Under the pieces are notes generated by a model, which had not been told where the DNA came from, searched no databases, and saw only the letters and a list, made by a program, of their open reading frames with translations. A stretch of DNA of 64,000 bases from Paraspadella gotoi (lineage: Eukaryota > Animalia > Chaetognatha): NCBI GenBank assembly GCA_051294375.1, contig CM119271.1:14266770-14330769 (forward strand), given 5' to 3'. The position numbers were made by a program, and so were the translations under genes. Each line of letters starts with the position of its first letter. Position 1 is the stretch's first letter. Shown here piece after piece: positions 13,276-25,242 of this stretch.

Positions 13276-15658
13276 GACGACGACAAAGGAAAACGAAATG
13301 GCGGAAAATTCCCAGAGATCAATTCGTTGTTGTTTAATAAACAATGTTTATGCTTATTAGTGTTTATTTCGATTAACGCACAACCGAATTTCGTTAAAAC
13401 AAAATTTTCACCCTGAATTAAGCTCAAAGTTTTCTTTGTTTTTCCGACAAATGCAACAAATTAGGGGAAAATCGTCCCATCTTTTTGTGGTTTCGCCTGA
13501 AGGTTGTAAAATTCATTGATAAAAGAAATTAATTAATTTCCCCATAGTCTAAAATAAAAAAAAATTAAATAAAATTATCGAACTTAAGATTTTGGAAAAA
13601 AGGATTTTTTTACAAGTGATTTAACTACTTGATTTGGACGTTAATAAATATTTTTTCATGCTTTCAGAAATAATAATTATGATTTGGAACCTGGTGAAAA
13701 TTTTCATGAAATAATTTATGCAATTACTGGCGCCTTATATTTTTTTAAAATTGCATATAGTAACGGATAAGCATTTTAAAAATATTTAAATTTCCTTGAC
13801 CTAAAGCCGTTTGAAAAATTTAAAAGAAAACATATATAACTAGGGGTAGCCTAACTCAGTATGGTGGTTAAGAAATTTGAATGAAGCACCTCTCAAACGA
13901 AAATTTAGACTTTTTTAAAAATTTGAATAAAAAAAAAAATTTTAATATTTCTCTATAACCCATATATTAATTTTATAATATTTATTATAACATGAATGGC
14001 TAAAATTTTTTTAAATATTTTTTTATTTTTAAGATTAGATTCAAGTAGCTTGCAAAAAGTTATCTACACAAAGTATAATTCTTTTCTAGATATTTTGATC
14101 ATAAGTGGGTGAAAAATATGTAAAACTATTAATAATAATCATCATATTTCAATAATTTTATTACGTTTTCTTAATTTTAATCAAGAAAACATAGGAACTT
14201 TTGAAAGTTGTAGTTATACTTTTTATTTAACTTTTTATGCTTTATTAGAATCCATCAAAAAAAGTTAAGATAGATTAAAAAAATATTTTATTTTTATATA
14301 GTAATATTGCAATTTTTATAGCAACAATAAAAGCATTAAAATCGAACTTTTTTAAAAAATTGTTTTTTTTAACTGAAAGTAGACTTCAAGAAGAAAGTTT
14401 TGAACCCCCGCCCCTATTGAATTTAATTTCATAGTAGATTGCTAATATAACGCGGTGAGTTGGTGTTTTCAGATTTTTAAAAAAATATGACATGGTGCAC
14501 ACAAGAAATTGATAAATTGAATAATCTCATTAACAAGAGGTAGAGTGACTGCACAATATAACAATTAAGGCGGACCAAAATTTATTACTTTCTTTTTGAG
14601 TTCTGAAATATATTTTTTCCCCTTTATATTCAAGATCAATACGTACTAAAACTTTTTCAATAAATAAAGCATATTAAAAAACGCAAGCATTTAAATATTT
14701 TATTAATGCAAAGGTAATAAAAAAAATGTTTAGATTTAATACTGCAATATGTAAATGAGATTGAGAGATTCAATCTCATTTAAGATCATATTAAATAATC
14801 ATCTCTTTCATTCACAATTATACTTTTCAAGCTATCAGAATCCATTATCGAAAATTAGTGAGATAGTGAGTTTTATCATTTTTCTTTCATTATTGTTACT
14901 ATCATTATGGAAAATACTTTAACATTATTTATATTACAGAACTCAGTTTTCAGCTTCTTCCGCCCTAATAACGAATTCTAGAAAACAGTCGAAGCACAGC
15001 ACATTTAACAGTCTCGCAAAATATCACATCAAAACCTTTTACGTCTGAAAAGACTTCAATACAATTTACTAATTAAAAAAAAGGATTGCATCCCGATCCA
15101 AACAATTTCTTTCATCTTTATCCCGTTCAAATGATGGAAAATTACAATGGGGAGGTTGGGAGAGTCAAAAAAAATAAACTGGTGGTTGAGTATTAATTGC
15201 AGATTCCCGCTATGCAAGCTCCAAAGCGAGGTAATTTTGAGCGTAATGTATTTTACATTCAATTTCCTTTTTTCATAAAATGCTATCTTGATGTTTAGAA
15301 TTTCCTAGCCTTAAAAATACCCATATAATATTTTAGGTTAATAATATACTCACAGCATGGATCTTGACACCATGATTCAACGAATATTAACCACAGTTTG
15401 GCTTTTTAGGAGGCATTCGCTGTATTATAATTCACCGACTGGAAACATAACGTAACAAACCGTGGCAAACCCAAGCTAAGATAAATTAGCCCAGTATTTT
15501 TCAAAATGGAACAAGCTGGAAAAAATTGCAAAGAGGACATGGTATCCAAACCATTTCCGATTCAAAGTCAGAAAACTTGGAAAATGCGCGAAAAAACAAG
15601 AAAGCGAAATAAATTAATGGACCCCACTCCAACTCCCTCTAACTCTGAACCGCCGAAT

Positions 15659-17972
15659 CTATTTGGAAGAGCCGTTTATTCCGCTGTTGCCAGCGTTGCC
15701 CGATATGGATAACGAGGGAGAGGAAGGGTGGCTACGACCGGATCCCGGCATCGGGGCGCTCCAGTCGGGGTTCGGGGCGGCCATCTTATATCGCTTGAAG
15801 GAAGTTTTGTTGAAGATGGGAAGGAGCTCGTTGGCGTCGGTGGAAAGAGTCTTCAGGAATACGACAGCGTTGGTGCCGAATCCCTCCACGGAATTGACGA
15901 CGAGATCCCCTGAAGGTAAGTTATAAAAATAATTAATAATATTATCTTATTTTTTCGGCCATGAAGTAGAATTTACCTTGAAAATACCGCGCGTAGAGCC
16001 TCGAGAGGGGAAGTCCGTATCCGTAACCGGCCAGAGGGGCGTGGGTCTGTCCCGAGGCGGCGCCCGCCCCAGGTTTCGGAGCCGTAGAGTACATGTAGTT
16101 AAAGAGGAGCTCGAGCTGCGAACGGGGGATGCCGCCGCCTTCGTCCGACAGCCGTATGGTTAGATCCTCACGACCTTTTACGACCATCACCTCCAGCGAA
16201 GGGTAGGTAGCGTCTTCGCTGTTAGAGAAAAGTAAAGAAATAGGTGGGGGTCAAGAAAACAATCCAAAAGAATAAAAGCCAATAAATCTTACTTGTCGTC
16301 GTGCTCCTCCACCACGGCGCGCATAGCGTTCTTGAAGAGTTCAAACAGGATATGATAAAGATGCGAAGGGACGTAAGGGACTTGAATCACTCCCTCACTT
16401 TTGCAAGCGTCACGTCTAAACAGTTTTAACTCCGGTGCCCCGGCGTAGTAATGCTGTAATAACAATTTTTAAAATGCTCAAATTTACTGGCCTCAATTTT
16501 CAAACTCGGCAATGTCATTCAATTATATTCGAGCAATGAAGAACATTAATCACGAAGGCACTCACCTCACACAAGTACTTGGCGTTCTCGTAGGCGTCGT
16601 TCAGAACAGCGATGACGTCGCATGCCGGATCGATGGCGCCGATGTGACGCGGGTTGTTTAGTTGGTCGCCGAAAAGAATCGTGTGTTGGTTGATCAACAT
16701 TCTGGCGAAATTGAACAAATTGTAATTAATGAAATTCAAAAGGTTTCCTTTGAAGAGACAGTAATTATTGTTATGAGTTAGTGATAGAACCGTTCAATAT
16801 AAGCAGTCCCTGAGCTTCGGATCAGGCTGTAACACCATGTTACAGGCGGGTTAAGCGCCCCGTCCCTCTTAACTGGCAGACGACCACCGGGCTAGAACCC
16901 TGGACCTTTGGGTTGGGAGGCGAATGACTTGCCTCCGGCACCAATGGCCGCTGATGAACGGTTGGTGGGTTTTGGTCCACCATACCTTATGGATTGAATC
17001 CCGCCCAAATTATTTTTATTTAGACTTCACAATTACGATTAATTTCTGTTTATAAAGAAGACTTGTACCGGAGTCATTCGCCACATTTTGAGTCGTCTTC
17101 TCTCAGTCGCGACTTGAGGCCGACGACTACCAACCATCGCAATGTTTTTTCTTATCCTTGACTAAAAATTTAGCAAGACAACATTAAGTAAACTAGCGAA
17201 GTTTTAATCTAATTTTAATCTCTATCTTTGTACAGCTCCTACGCGACAGACAAATCTACCCATTTCCTCTCGCACCTGATGGAGATCCGGCTGATGTAGA
17301 ATCGGTCCAAAAAGTACTGGATGTTGTGCTCCATGACGTGGTCGATTCCCTTGACGTCCTTGAGCTCGATAACGCCCTGCGCCATCGTCTCGACGACATT
17401 GGCGTGACGATGACTCACCCGCGCCAGCGTCTCCGTGAAATCATCGAGGGTCGATTCGTCCGCGACGTCGCGCGACTCAAAGTTGATCATTTCCAGGAAA
17501 CTCTGCTGATACCTATTGGCTCAAGGGATTATAAATATTAAACTGTGGCTATCATCATATCATCATCCAGACAACTCACCATTGATCGAGCATTTGAACG
17601 GAGGGCGTCATTCGAAGATAGTCCGGTAACAAACTTAACTCCTTCATGATGTTCGCCAATCGAACGGGAAGTTCCTTCCTGCGTTAGATTAATAGAATTA
17701 AATATTTAGATTAAAAGAAACATAGGGCAATGTATTAAAGTTAAAATATTGTCGTTACGAACTGATTTCTTAGCCTATAGAAATTACCTCAGGAACAAAA
17801 AAGACTTTTTAGGACAAGCGTTTTCTCGAGACCCGAAGCGCATCATCGCTTCGAGGGAGAGAGGCGATGGGTTGTAGGCGGAGAACTTCTCCAGGGCGGC
17901 GGGGATTTTGGCGGCGCCGGCGCGGGAGCCCAGCCCCGCCAAGGCCAGGCAAGACTTGGTCAAAGCCACCAT
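15659..17972 (-). CDS. PDK: Mitochondrial pyruvate dehydrogenase kinase
   Basis: Seven exons. Motifs: [77 protein letters not shown]. Confidence 0.97.
16751..16984 (-). mobile_element. Dispersed ~230-bp repeat containing a tRNA(Gly)-like segment, copy 1 (PDK intron)
   Basis: Near-identical inverted copy at 61770-61997. Confidence 0.8.
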
Positions 17973-20195
17973 TGCCCGATGGGGAATGGAATGACGATGA
18001 AAGGAAGATTCGAAGGAAACGAAAATACGCAAATACGTTTAGTCTTTTCTTTTCTCTTTTTCTTTCGTTTATATTTTTCGTTTTTTCGTGGTGAATGTAG
18101 AATGAAGAGAGAAGCCGGCGGCAAAAGATTCCTTGTCTCTTCAAGAATCGATGAAAACGATCGATAACGGTCGATGACACGGTCGATACGACGCTGCTCA
18201 ACGAAAGTCAAGTCAGATAGAAAGGAGCGACTGACATTTAGTTACAAGGTACTGACGCGACAAAAGTCTTTCCAAAGCAAAAGAGAAAAAGGTCCGGCGA
18301 AGAAAAAGCGATATATCAAACAGACAGGTGACCAAAGCTGAGGAGCCTTAGAGTTTCGTAGAGTTAAGTAGATACTATGTATCCAAGACCAGCGAGTTCG
18401 ATTTTTTCCCCAAAAAAACCAAGCGAAAAATTTAGACGAAAATTGTTAGACGGGACGACGACGACGACGATGACGGTGTCTCTATGGGAGATTCGGGTGA
18501 GGCAGCATCGAGCAGCGGTGACGACAGAAATGACCGTCTCATGATTATCCGCGGCTTCGTTCCGACGGGGCAGCGAGTGCTGCGGCAGCTGAAAAAATAG
18601 GATCGATGACGTTGTACATCGATCGAAAAAAAATTGGAGTCTTTCACTTCGCGCATCACAAATTTACAGTCGATCGAGTTTCGCTTTAGTTGCTACTTTG
18701 GTTTTTATTTTTGTTTTATTTACCATTTTTTTTGCGAAAATACATTCAAAAAGTTGAAAAAACCTGCAAGAAAACAAAAAACGAGATAAAAATTAATAAA
18801 ACACATATCGTTAAAAGGTTTCGTGACGTCGAAGAAGCCCGAGACAAAACAAGACAAAAAGGACAAAACGAGACTCGGAAAGCAAAACGAAACAAGGACA
18901 AAGCAAGAACGAAACCAAGGAAAAAACTCAAAGAGAAACGTTAAATGTGAAACAATCAATGAATATTTTAAATATTTTACTCTCCTAAAAACTACAATTC
19001 TAAGAGAAAAAAGGCTTCTTGCAACATAGTAAAGAAACAGGAAATTTATTCTAAATCACGTAAAGAAATAAATCTATAACTTATAGTATAAGTTTGGAAA
19101 GAAATTATAATACAATATTTATGAAAAGCATAATTTTACGATCGAAGCTAATGATGCTAGTATACATAAGTTATACGCATATAAGACAGAAACATTCCAT
19201 ATTTCAATGGTAAGTTGGGCTTCGTTCAAGAAATACTAAGCAACAAGAAAAAAGATTAGAAAAAAAGAAGAGGAATTAGTAAAGAAGAAAAAAGGACAAA
19301 AGAAAAAAAATGAGCAAACTAAAAGTTAATTACGGCCGAAATATAAATAATAATTCTGAAAGAAATAGTATTAAGCAGAAAATTGAAATATATTCTTTAA
19401 AATATTAAGTTGTAAAAATTATGGATTGGAAAAAAAAGGGGGATCGTATATATAGACAATAGTACATAAAAAAACAATAAAAAACAGAAAGAAAACGACG
19501 ACTTTCAACAAACAAGAGTCGGTGAGATCACAGCTAAAGAGGCATTTCCAAGAAATGTCGCGAGACGAAAGTTTTGTTAAGTACTAAATAACACAATTTC
19601 GCCATCATCCAACAATTCCTAAATATTTAAATATAATATAAGTTGATTTAATTTAAACGACGAACGCGTCTTAGGTTGCGGAGGCGATAACTCAAAAAGT
19701 GCACCATAATTATCACGAGAATGAGACAAAAAAGACAAACATCAATGACGTGAAGCAATTGGCATAACCGAGTCAGAAAATATATGTAGAGGATCCGATT
19801 TCATTAACGATGAAAAACTCTCTCTGTTTTCCACGCCGGAGAATTCTTAAAAATGATCACAGTTGGGAGAGGGAACTGTCGCAGAGTAACATATGGTTCA
19901 TTTCAAATGAGAGAGAGTTCATTAATCTCATTTGCATAGGATAGCAGTTTAGATTACTTCTCATATCTTTTGATTCGGTTTTCTTGGAAGTTTTCTTTTA
20001 GTATTTTAAGGATACTATTAACATGGATTAATAATGTTAATGATTTTCGAAAAAAAACTTTTTTTTCTTGGTCTCAGGGTCAATGGTCATTTAAAACTGA
20101 AAGATGACCATTAGTCAATCCAGTTTTTGGTTTTTTTGTTTTTTTTACGCCGGCCAAAACCAACTCCGTCTAGGTCTTTCCACTTTTTTTAAAAT

Positions 20196-22662
20196 TCAAC
20201 TCTGAAACCTTTGAATGAGGAGACGCAGAGATCGATTGGGCGTCAACGTCGACGACGCCAGTTCCGAGTTGGTCATGGGGCTGAGCAGTTTGGCGCCGCC
20301 GGATTCTCCGGGCCTCGCGCCGGATCGGAGCCAGGCCTCGATGGCCCCGCGCTCGTAGGAATATCCGTCGGCGGCGATGACGGGGTCCGTCATGATCTCG
20401 TGGGTGATGGGGCAGAGGTACTCGTCGGGAATCTCCGCCGACGACGAGGGGAAAGCCAGGTAGGGGTGGGCGAGGAGCTGTGGGAGTGGAGATAGAAAAG
20501 GAGGAAGAGTGAGTTAGTGAGAAATTTAAACATAAAACAATACAGAGGAAAAGAAAGAAAAATAAGAAATCCAAGTCAATAGCATGGCCCACCTTCTGCA
20601 AGGCTCTCGTAATCTTGTTGCGGTGACCCAGAGCGGACACTCCCAATTCGATCAGCGCTTGATTGTCGAGATTCGCTAACTCTTGACCATCGATAGCGTT
20701 GGTGCGGAAAGTCTCCGCGTATTCCTGTTTATTTGTTATACTATTATTTCTGTAACACACACTTCATGCTCTCTTTCACTTGGTAATCACCTTCAATCCT
20801 TCCGTCCCGCGCATCCATTCGAAGACCTCGTCGACGGTCCACTCCGAGATCCTCTTCTTTCTCTTCGCCACCGGCGTCCCCGCCGGCGTCTTTATCGTTT
20901 TCGTCGCCGGTTTTCCGGGGTCGACTTTCCTGGCGTCCGACTTGGAGGCGGCGCCACGCTTGGGCGACTCGATTTCTTTTCCCTCGCGAACGATGCTCCA
21001 TATCTTGACAGTCTTGTCATTGCTGCCAGAGGCCAAGAGGAGATCAAAGTCGTCGTCGATTTCTTGGTCATCGTGGCGTCGCGGGTGAAAGGCGCACGAG
21101 GTCAAGTAGCGCGAGTGGGCCTCCCAATGAAGGAGAAGTTGGCCTAACGATAAAGGTTTAGTTCTATAATCTAATCTCAAAATCTAATCTCATTTAGATT
21201 ATTGTTCGTACTTCTTGATTGGTTTTCTGAAATGACTTCAGAAAACTTAAGTAGAAACATACCGGAGGCGACATCCCAAACAGCAATGGTCTTATCCGTG
21301 GAGGCGCTGGCGAGTGTGTCGCCTCGTGGGGAGAAGGCGACGGAGGAGACGCTGCTTACGTGGACGACCAACTTGCGAATCCGAATAACCTAAGGACGGC
21401 GGAAATTTTAAAAGTTTTTAAATAGTTAACATATCGATCAAAAACAATCAAAATGCACTCACCGAAACGGACGGAAATGTAGAAACGCTCCACAATGTTA
21501 CGGTGTTGCAATTTCCCGCCGACGCCAACATAAAGGGGGCCTGCAAGTAATGGGAAATCAAACGCTAATTTTTTTAAAACTCACTTTCACTTTCCACCCG
21601 AAACTCACCCTCGCAATCCCGCTTCCTCCACCTTCCACTTGCTCTTCCGTCCGTGGCGGCGTCGGCGGCGCAAACACGCACACGGTGACGCCGAGATCGT
21701 GGGCGTCGTTGAGTTCGAGAAGAGGCGGATCGTGGCCGAAGAGGGCGTCCCAGAGACGAACGTCCCCTGGTGAAAAATAAATAAATAAAATGAAAAGTTT
21801 GCGAGTTTAGATCAACTTTATTCTTTCCTTACCGTTGCTACAACCGGAGACGACGAGTTCCCCGTCGGGACTGAAGCAGGCGGCGAAGATGGTTCCCTCG
21901 TGGCCAACGAAGGATCGGAGATGACTGAAACGGAATGAGGAAGAAATTTGATAATCTAAAATCACTCAATGGTTTTAAACAAATCATGTTTGAACGAGCT
22001 ACCTAATCGCGTTCTCTTCGGCGGATTCTCCGGCGGCCAGCGCCTCGTAGACCGCAGCGACGTCCCACAACGCCAGCGTTTCGTCGTCACTTCCAGTGAG
22101 AAGGCGTCGTCCGTCGGGAGAGAAGCAACAGATCTTGATGCAGGCGCGAGAATCGTGACTCAATTCCGTAACGGACCCGCCTAAAAAAGGGTTGGGGTGA
22201 GGTAAGTGTATCTCACGAGAACTCATTTATTATTTTTAGAAATATAAGTTCATTGTTCAGTTTGCATTGAACATAAACGTTAAACACTTAATCTTTAAAA
22301 CAACATAAAAAATATTCCTCTATATTTAAGTCTCTCATTCGTTTACCGTTTTGAACGTTCCAAAGAATGACCCGCCCGTCCGTGGATGAAGAGGCGAGAA
22401 GTCGACCGCACGGAGAAAAGTGGCAACAGTGGACGTAATAAGTGTGACCAACCAAAGGCGACGCCGAATCCGATTCTATCACTGAATTAGACTCCATCCT
22501 CCAAAGTCTGACTGTCTTGTCGGCGGAACACGTGGCCAGAGTCTCTCCCTTGAACGAACACCAGTTGACGTCGCTCTTGTGGACGTCGAGAGTCTGCAGC
22601 AGCTTAGGCTGCGCCAGTCGCGGCGCCGGAGTCGACGTCGCTTCTTGGCCGGAAGACGCCAT
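20196..22662 (-). CDS. WDSUB1: WD repeat, SAM and U-box domain-containing protein 1
   Basis: Multiple WD40 repeats (GH...WD/WN), a SAM domain (EWTVDEVFEWM..IDGQEL..LGHRNKI) and a U-box (IPDEYLCPITHEIMTDPVIAADGYSYER..SPMTN). About nine GT-AG exons. Confidence 0.95.
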
Positions 22663-22995
22663 CGCGCCGCGCTAATGATTATTACGCTTATCGAATTACT
22701 TAGTATTAAGGGTCCATAGATTGAGGCGATCTCATGGTTTGGGCGTTTTTTTCGCGCAAACCAAGCGTCAAACATAAAGTGACGACGAAATGTCTAAAAT
22801 TAAAAACAAGTGAGCAAGGATAATTCGATTAACGTTGTAAAATTTGTAAAGAATTTAACGTCAAAAATTTGATAATTATGGTAAAGTAATTCATAGGCGC
22901 ATTTCCAAGTTATAATCTTCTGTAAGGCAGCGAAGAATAAAGCCCTGAAAACTGGTTTCGTGCTCGGTACTTCCCGCCAATTTTTTTTTTTCTTT

Positions 22996-24860
22996 TCAAA
23001 AAGTTCCCCTTTCGTCGAGAAACAAATCTAGGATTTTTCTGGCCGTCTTGTAGAGGCCGACCTCTTGTAGATTAGCGATCATGGCCACCGCCACGCTTTG
23101 GTTCGGATCATCATCCTCTTCACCGCCGCAACTTTCCCCCGCCACCGCCATCACTAAGACGCTGCTGCCGCCGACGGCGCCGCCCGTGTGACCGACGTAC
23201 ATCGGAGTCTTTCCTCCTCCTCCGCTCGCGGTCCCTGTTCCTCCCACGGCGGGACCACCGGGCACGACGGTCCACCCGAGGCCGTAGCCGGCGCCCGGCA
23301 CATCCTTGGCCCATTCGGTGCGAGTGTTGGGAACTGGGGACCAGAGGAGGCGGAGAGTAGAGGGGGAGACGAAGCCATATGAACCATCGGTTCCTTCTCT
23401 TCGTCGGAATGCGTAGACGTGGGTTTGCGCGAATTTTAACTGACGGAAAACAAAGAGTTCATTTTGATTCATTTTGCGGTTCCATCTCATAGTTATCTTT
23501 TACTTTAAAACATCGAATCTCTTAAAATCAAAATGACCCACCAGATCCCCCACGGTCGATACGAGGCCACCACCCGCCCACTTGTACGAGTTATCGACGT
23601 ATGGCGCGTTCCGCAACACGTGGCGCTTGTCACGCCGATAATGTCGCGCCCGATAGGGCAGGAGCGGCGCGTGCTCCTCTAAGTGCGTCTCGTCCATGCC
23701 GAGTCGCGCCAGGTGGAGCGAGAGAAGCTTGGAAAAGGGCACGAATGGAGACTGGCCCGATGATTGCGAAGACGACCGAGATGGCACGCATTCCTCTCCG
23801 GTATCCTCGTCCCGCACCCTTTTCCCCTTTTCCACCCCGTTGGCCGCCGCCTCCACCACCGCGCTGAGCAAAGTGTAGCCGTGCGTCGAGTAAAGGAACT
23901 TGGTTCCCGGTTCCGAAGTCAGAGGATCGTCCTTAAAGAGGACGAGAGAGTCGGTGACCGAATCGAAGTGATCCTTGATGTAGTATTCCTTCGCGTCGAA
24001 CTCCGACTTTTTCTTATTTTTGTCATCCACGTCCGATTCTTTCTTTCCTTCCTTTTTTCCCTCCCGTTTTCCTTCCTTTTCTTTTTTTCCTTTTTCTTGC
24101 GTCTTTTTTTTCTCTTCCTCCTTATAATGCCTGATCCCGCTCAAATGCGAGGCCAGCATCCTCGGCGTGATCGACACGCAGCGGCCCTCCCAACTCTTCG
24201 TCGGAAAGTCAAGAAAAAAGTCGGCGATGTCGGCGTCGAGATCGAGGCGACCGTCGTCAACGAGCGTCGCTAGGAGCGAGACTGTGATTGGTTTGCTGAT
24301 GGAGGCGATGCGCATCACTGGTAGAAAACGAAACAAGAGTCAAAACGGGCAGATACCAAAAAAAAATAAGAGTTGCAATCACCCGTTTCGGGTCCACAAG
24401 CGACTCGATTTTCGACGTCGGCTAATCCAAATCCTTCGCGCCAAACGACGGCGCCGTCAACGCTGACGCCAATCACGACGCCGGGAGCGCCGCTCTCAAT
24501 CTGACCCGAGAAACAAAAAGAGAAAATGAACAACTTCCATTTTGACCCCTCTTCCCATTCCTTTTATCTACTGCCCCAAATACCTGCCTGAGCGAGTTCC
24601 ACGATCTTTCTCGCCTCCGCAATCGCCGAATCGAATCTCCTATTCTTCCTCTTCTCATCCTCACACAACGTCTGCTCTTCCGCCGCGTTCGCCCGCGGCA
24701 TCCAGCGGCGAATTAACGACGAAGGCCGATCCTTCGTCGCGGATTCGTCTCTGGCGCGAAAAGAAATGACGCCGCCGACGACGACGGCGGCGGCGCCGAT
24801 GACGGCGCCGACAGTCGACGACCGAAAACGAGAGCGACGGAAAAAGGGGCGAAGGGCCAT
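22996..24860 (-). CDS. LACTB: Mitochondrial serine beta-lactamase-like protein
   Basis: Four exons. Motifs: GAPG, MRIASISK (SxxK), HLSGIRHY, YSTHGYTLL, DNSYKWAGGG, HTGGAVG. Arg-rich transit-like N-terminus. Intron 1 needs a GC donor. Confidence 0.95.
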
Positions 24861-25242
24861 CTCGATCGGAGAATCAAAACGAGTTTTTATAAAATCGGCA
24901 GCTAAAGTTTGTTCGTCCCCGCCCGAATAACATTATCGAGGGAGCCTGAGGTAACGGAACGGGAATCGTGCTCATAAATTTAATGGAAAAGAGACCTCTT
25001 TGGTTAAATTACATTGCGTAAGTACTGTAAACAACGAAATCACCTGATACGAAATAATTTACATCAATTTTGAAAAAATCAATCGTGAAAATAACTAAAC
25101 TAAGGAGGAAAAACTAGAAAATAATGACCAGAGGAATTTACAAAAAATCACGAATGACGACCATGCGTATCAAGAGTCACCTCTCATCAACTGTACGCAA
25201 AAATTGTCTCACAACAGTCAACAGGGAGGACTTGCCCCGTCA

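Noticed and set aside
14566-14968. Possible MITE with TTAAGGCGGA / TCCGCCCTAA ends
   Set aside because: The match is only about 10 bp, too weak without other copies.
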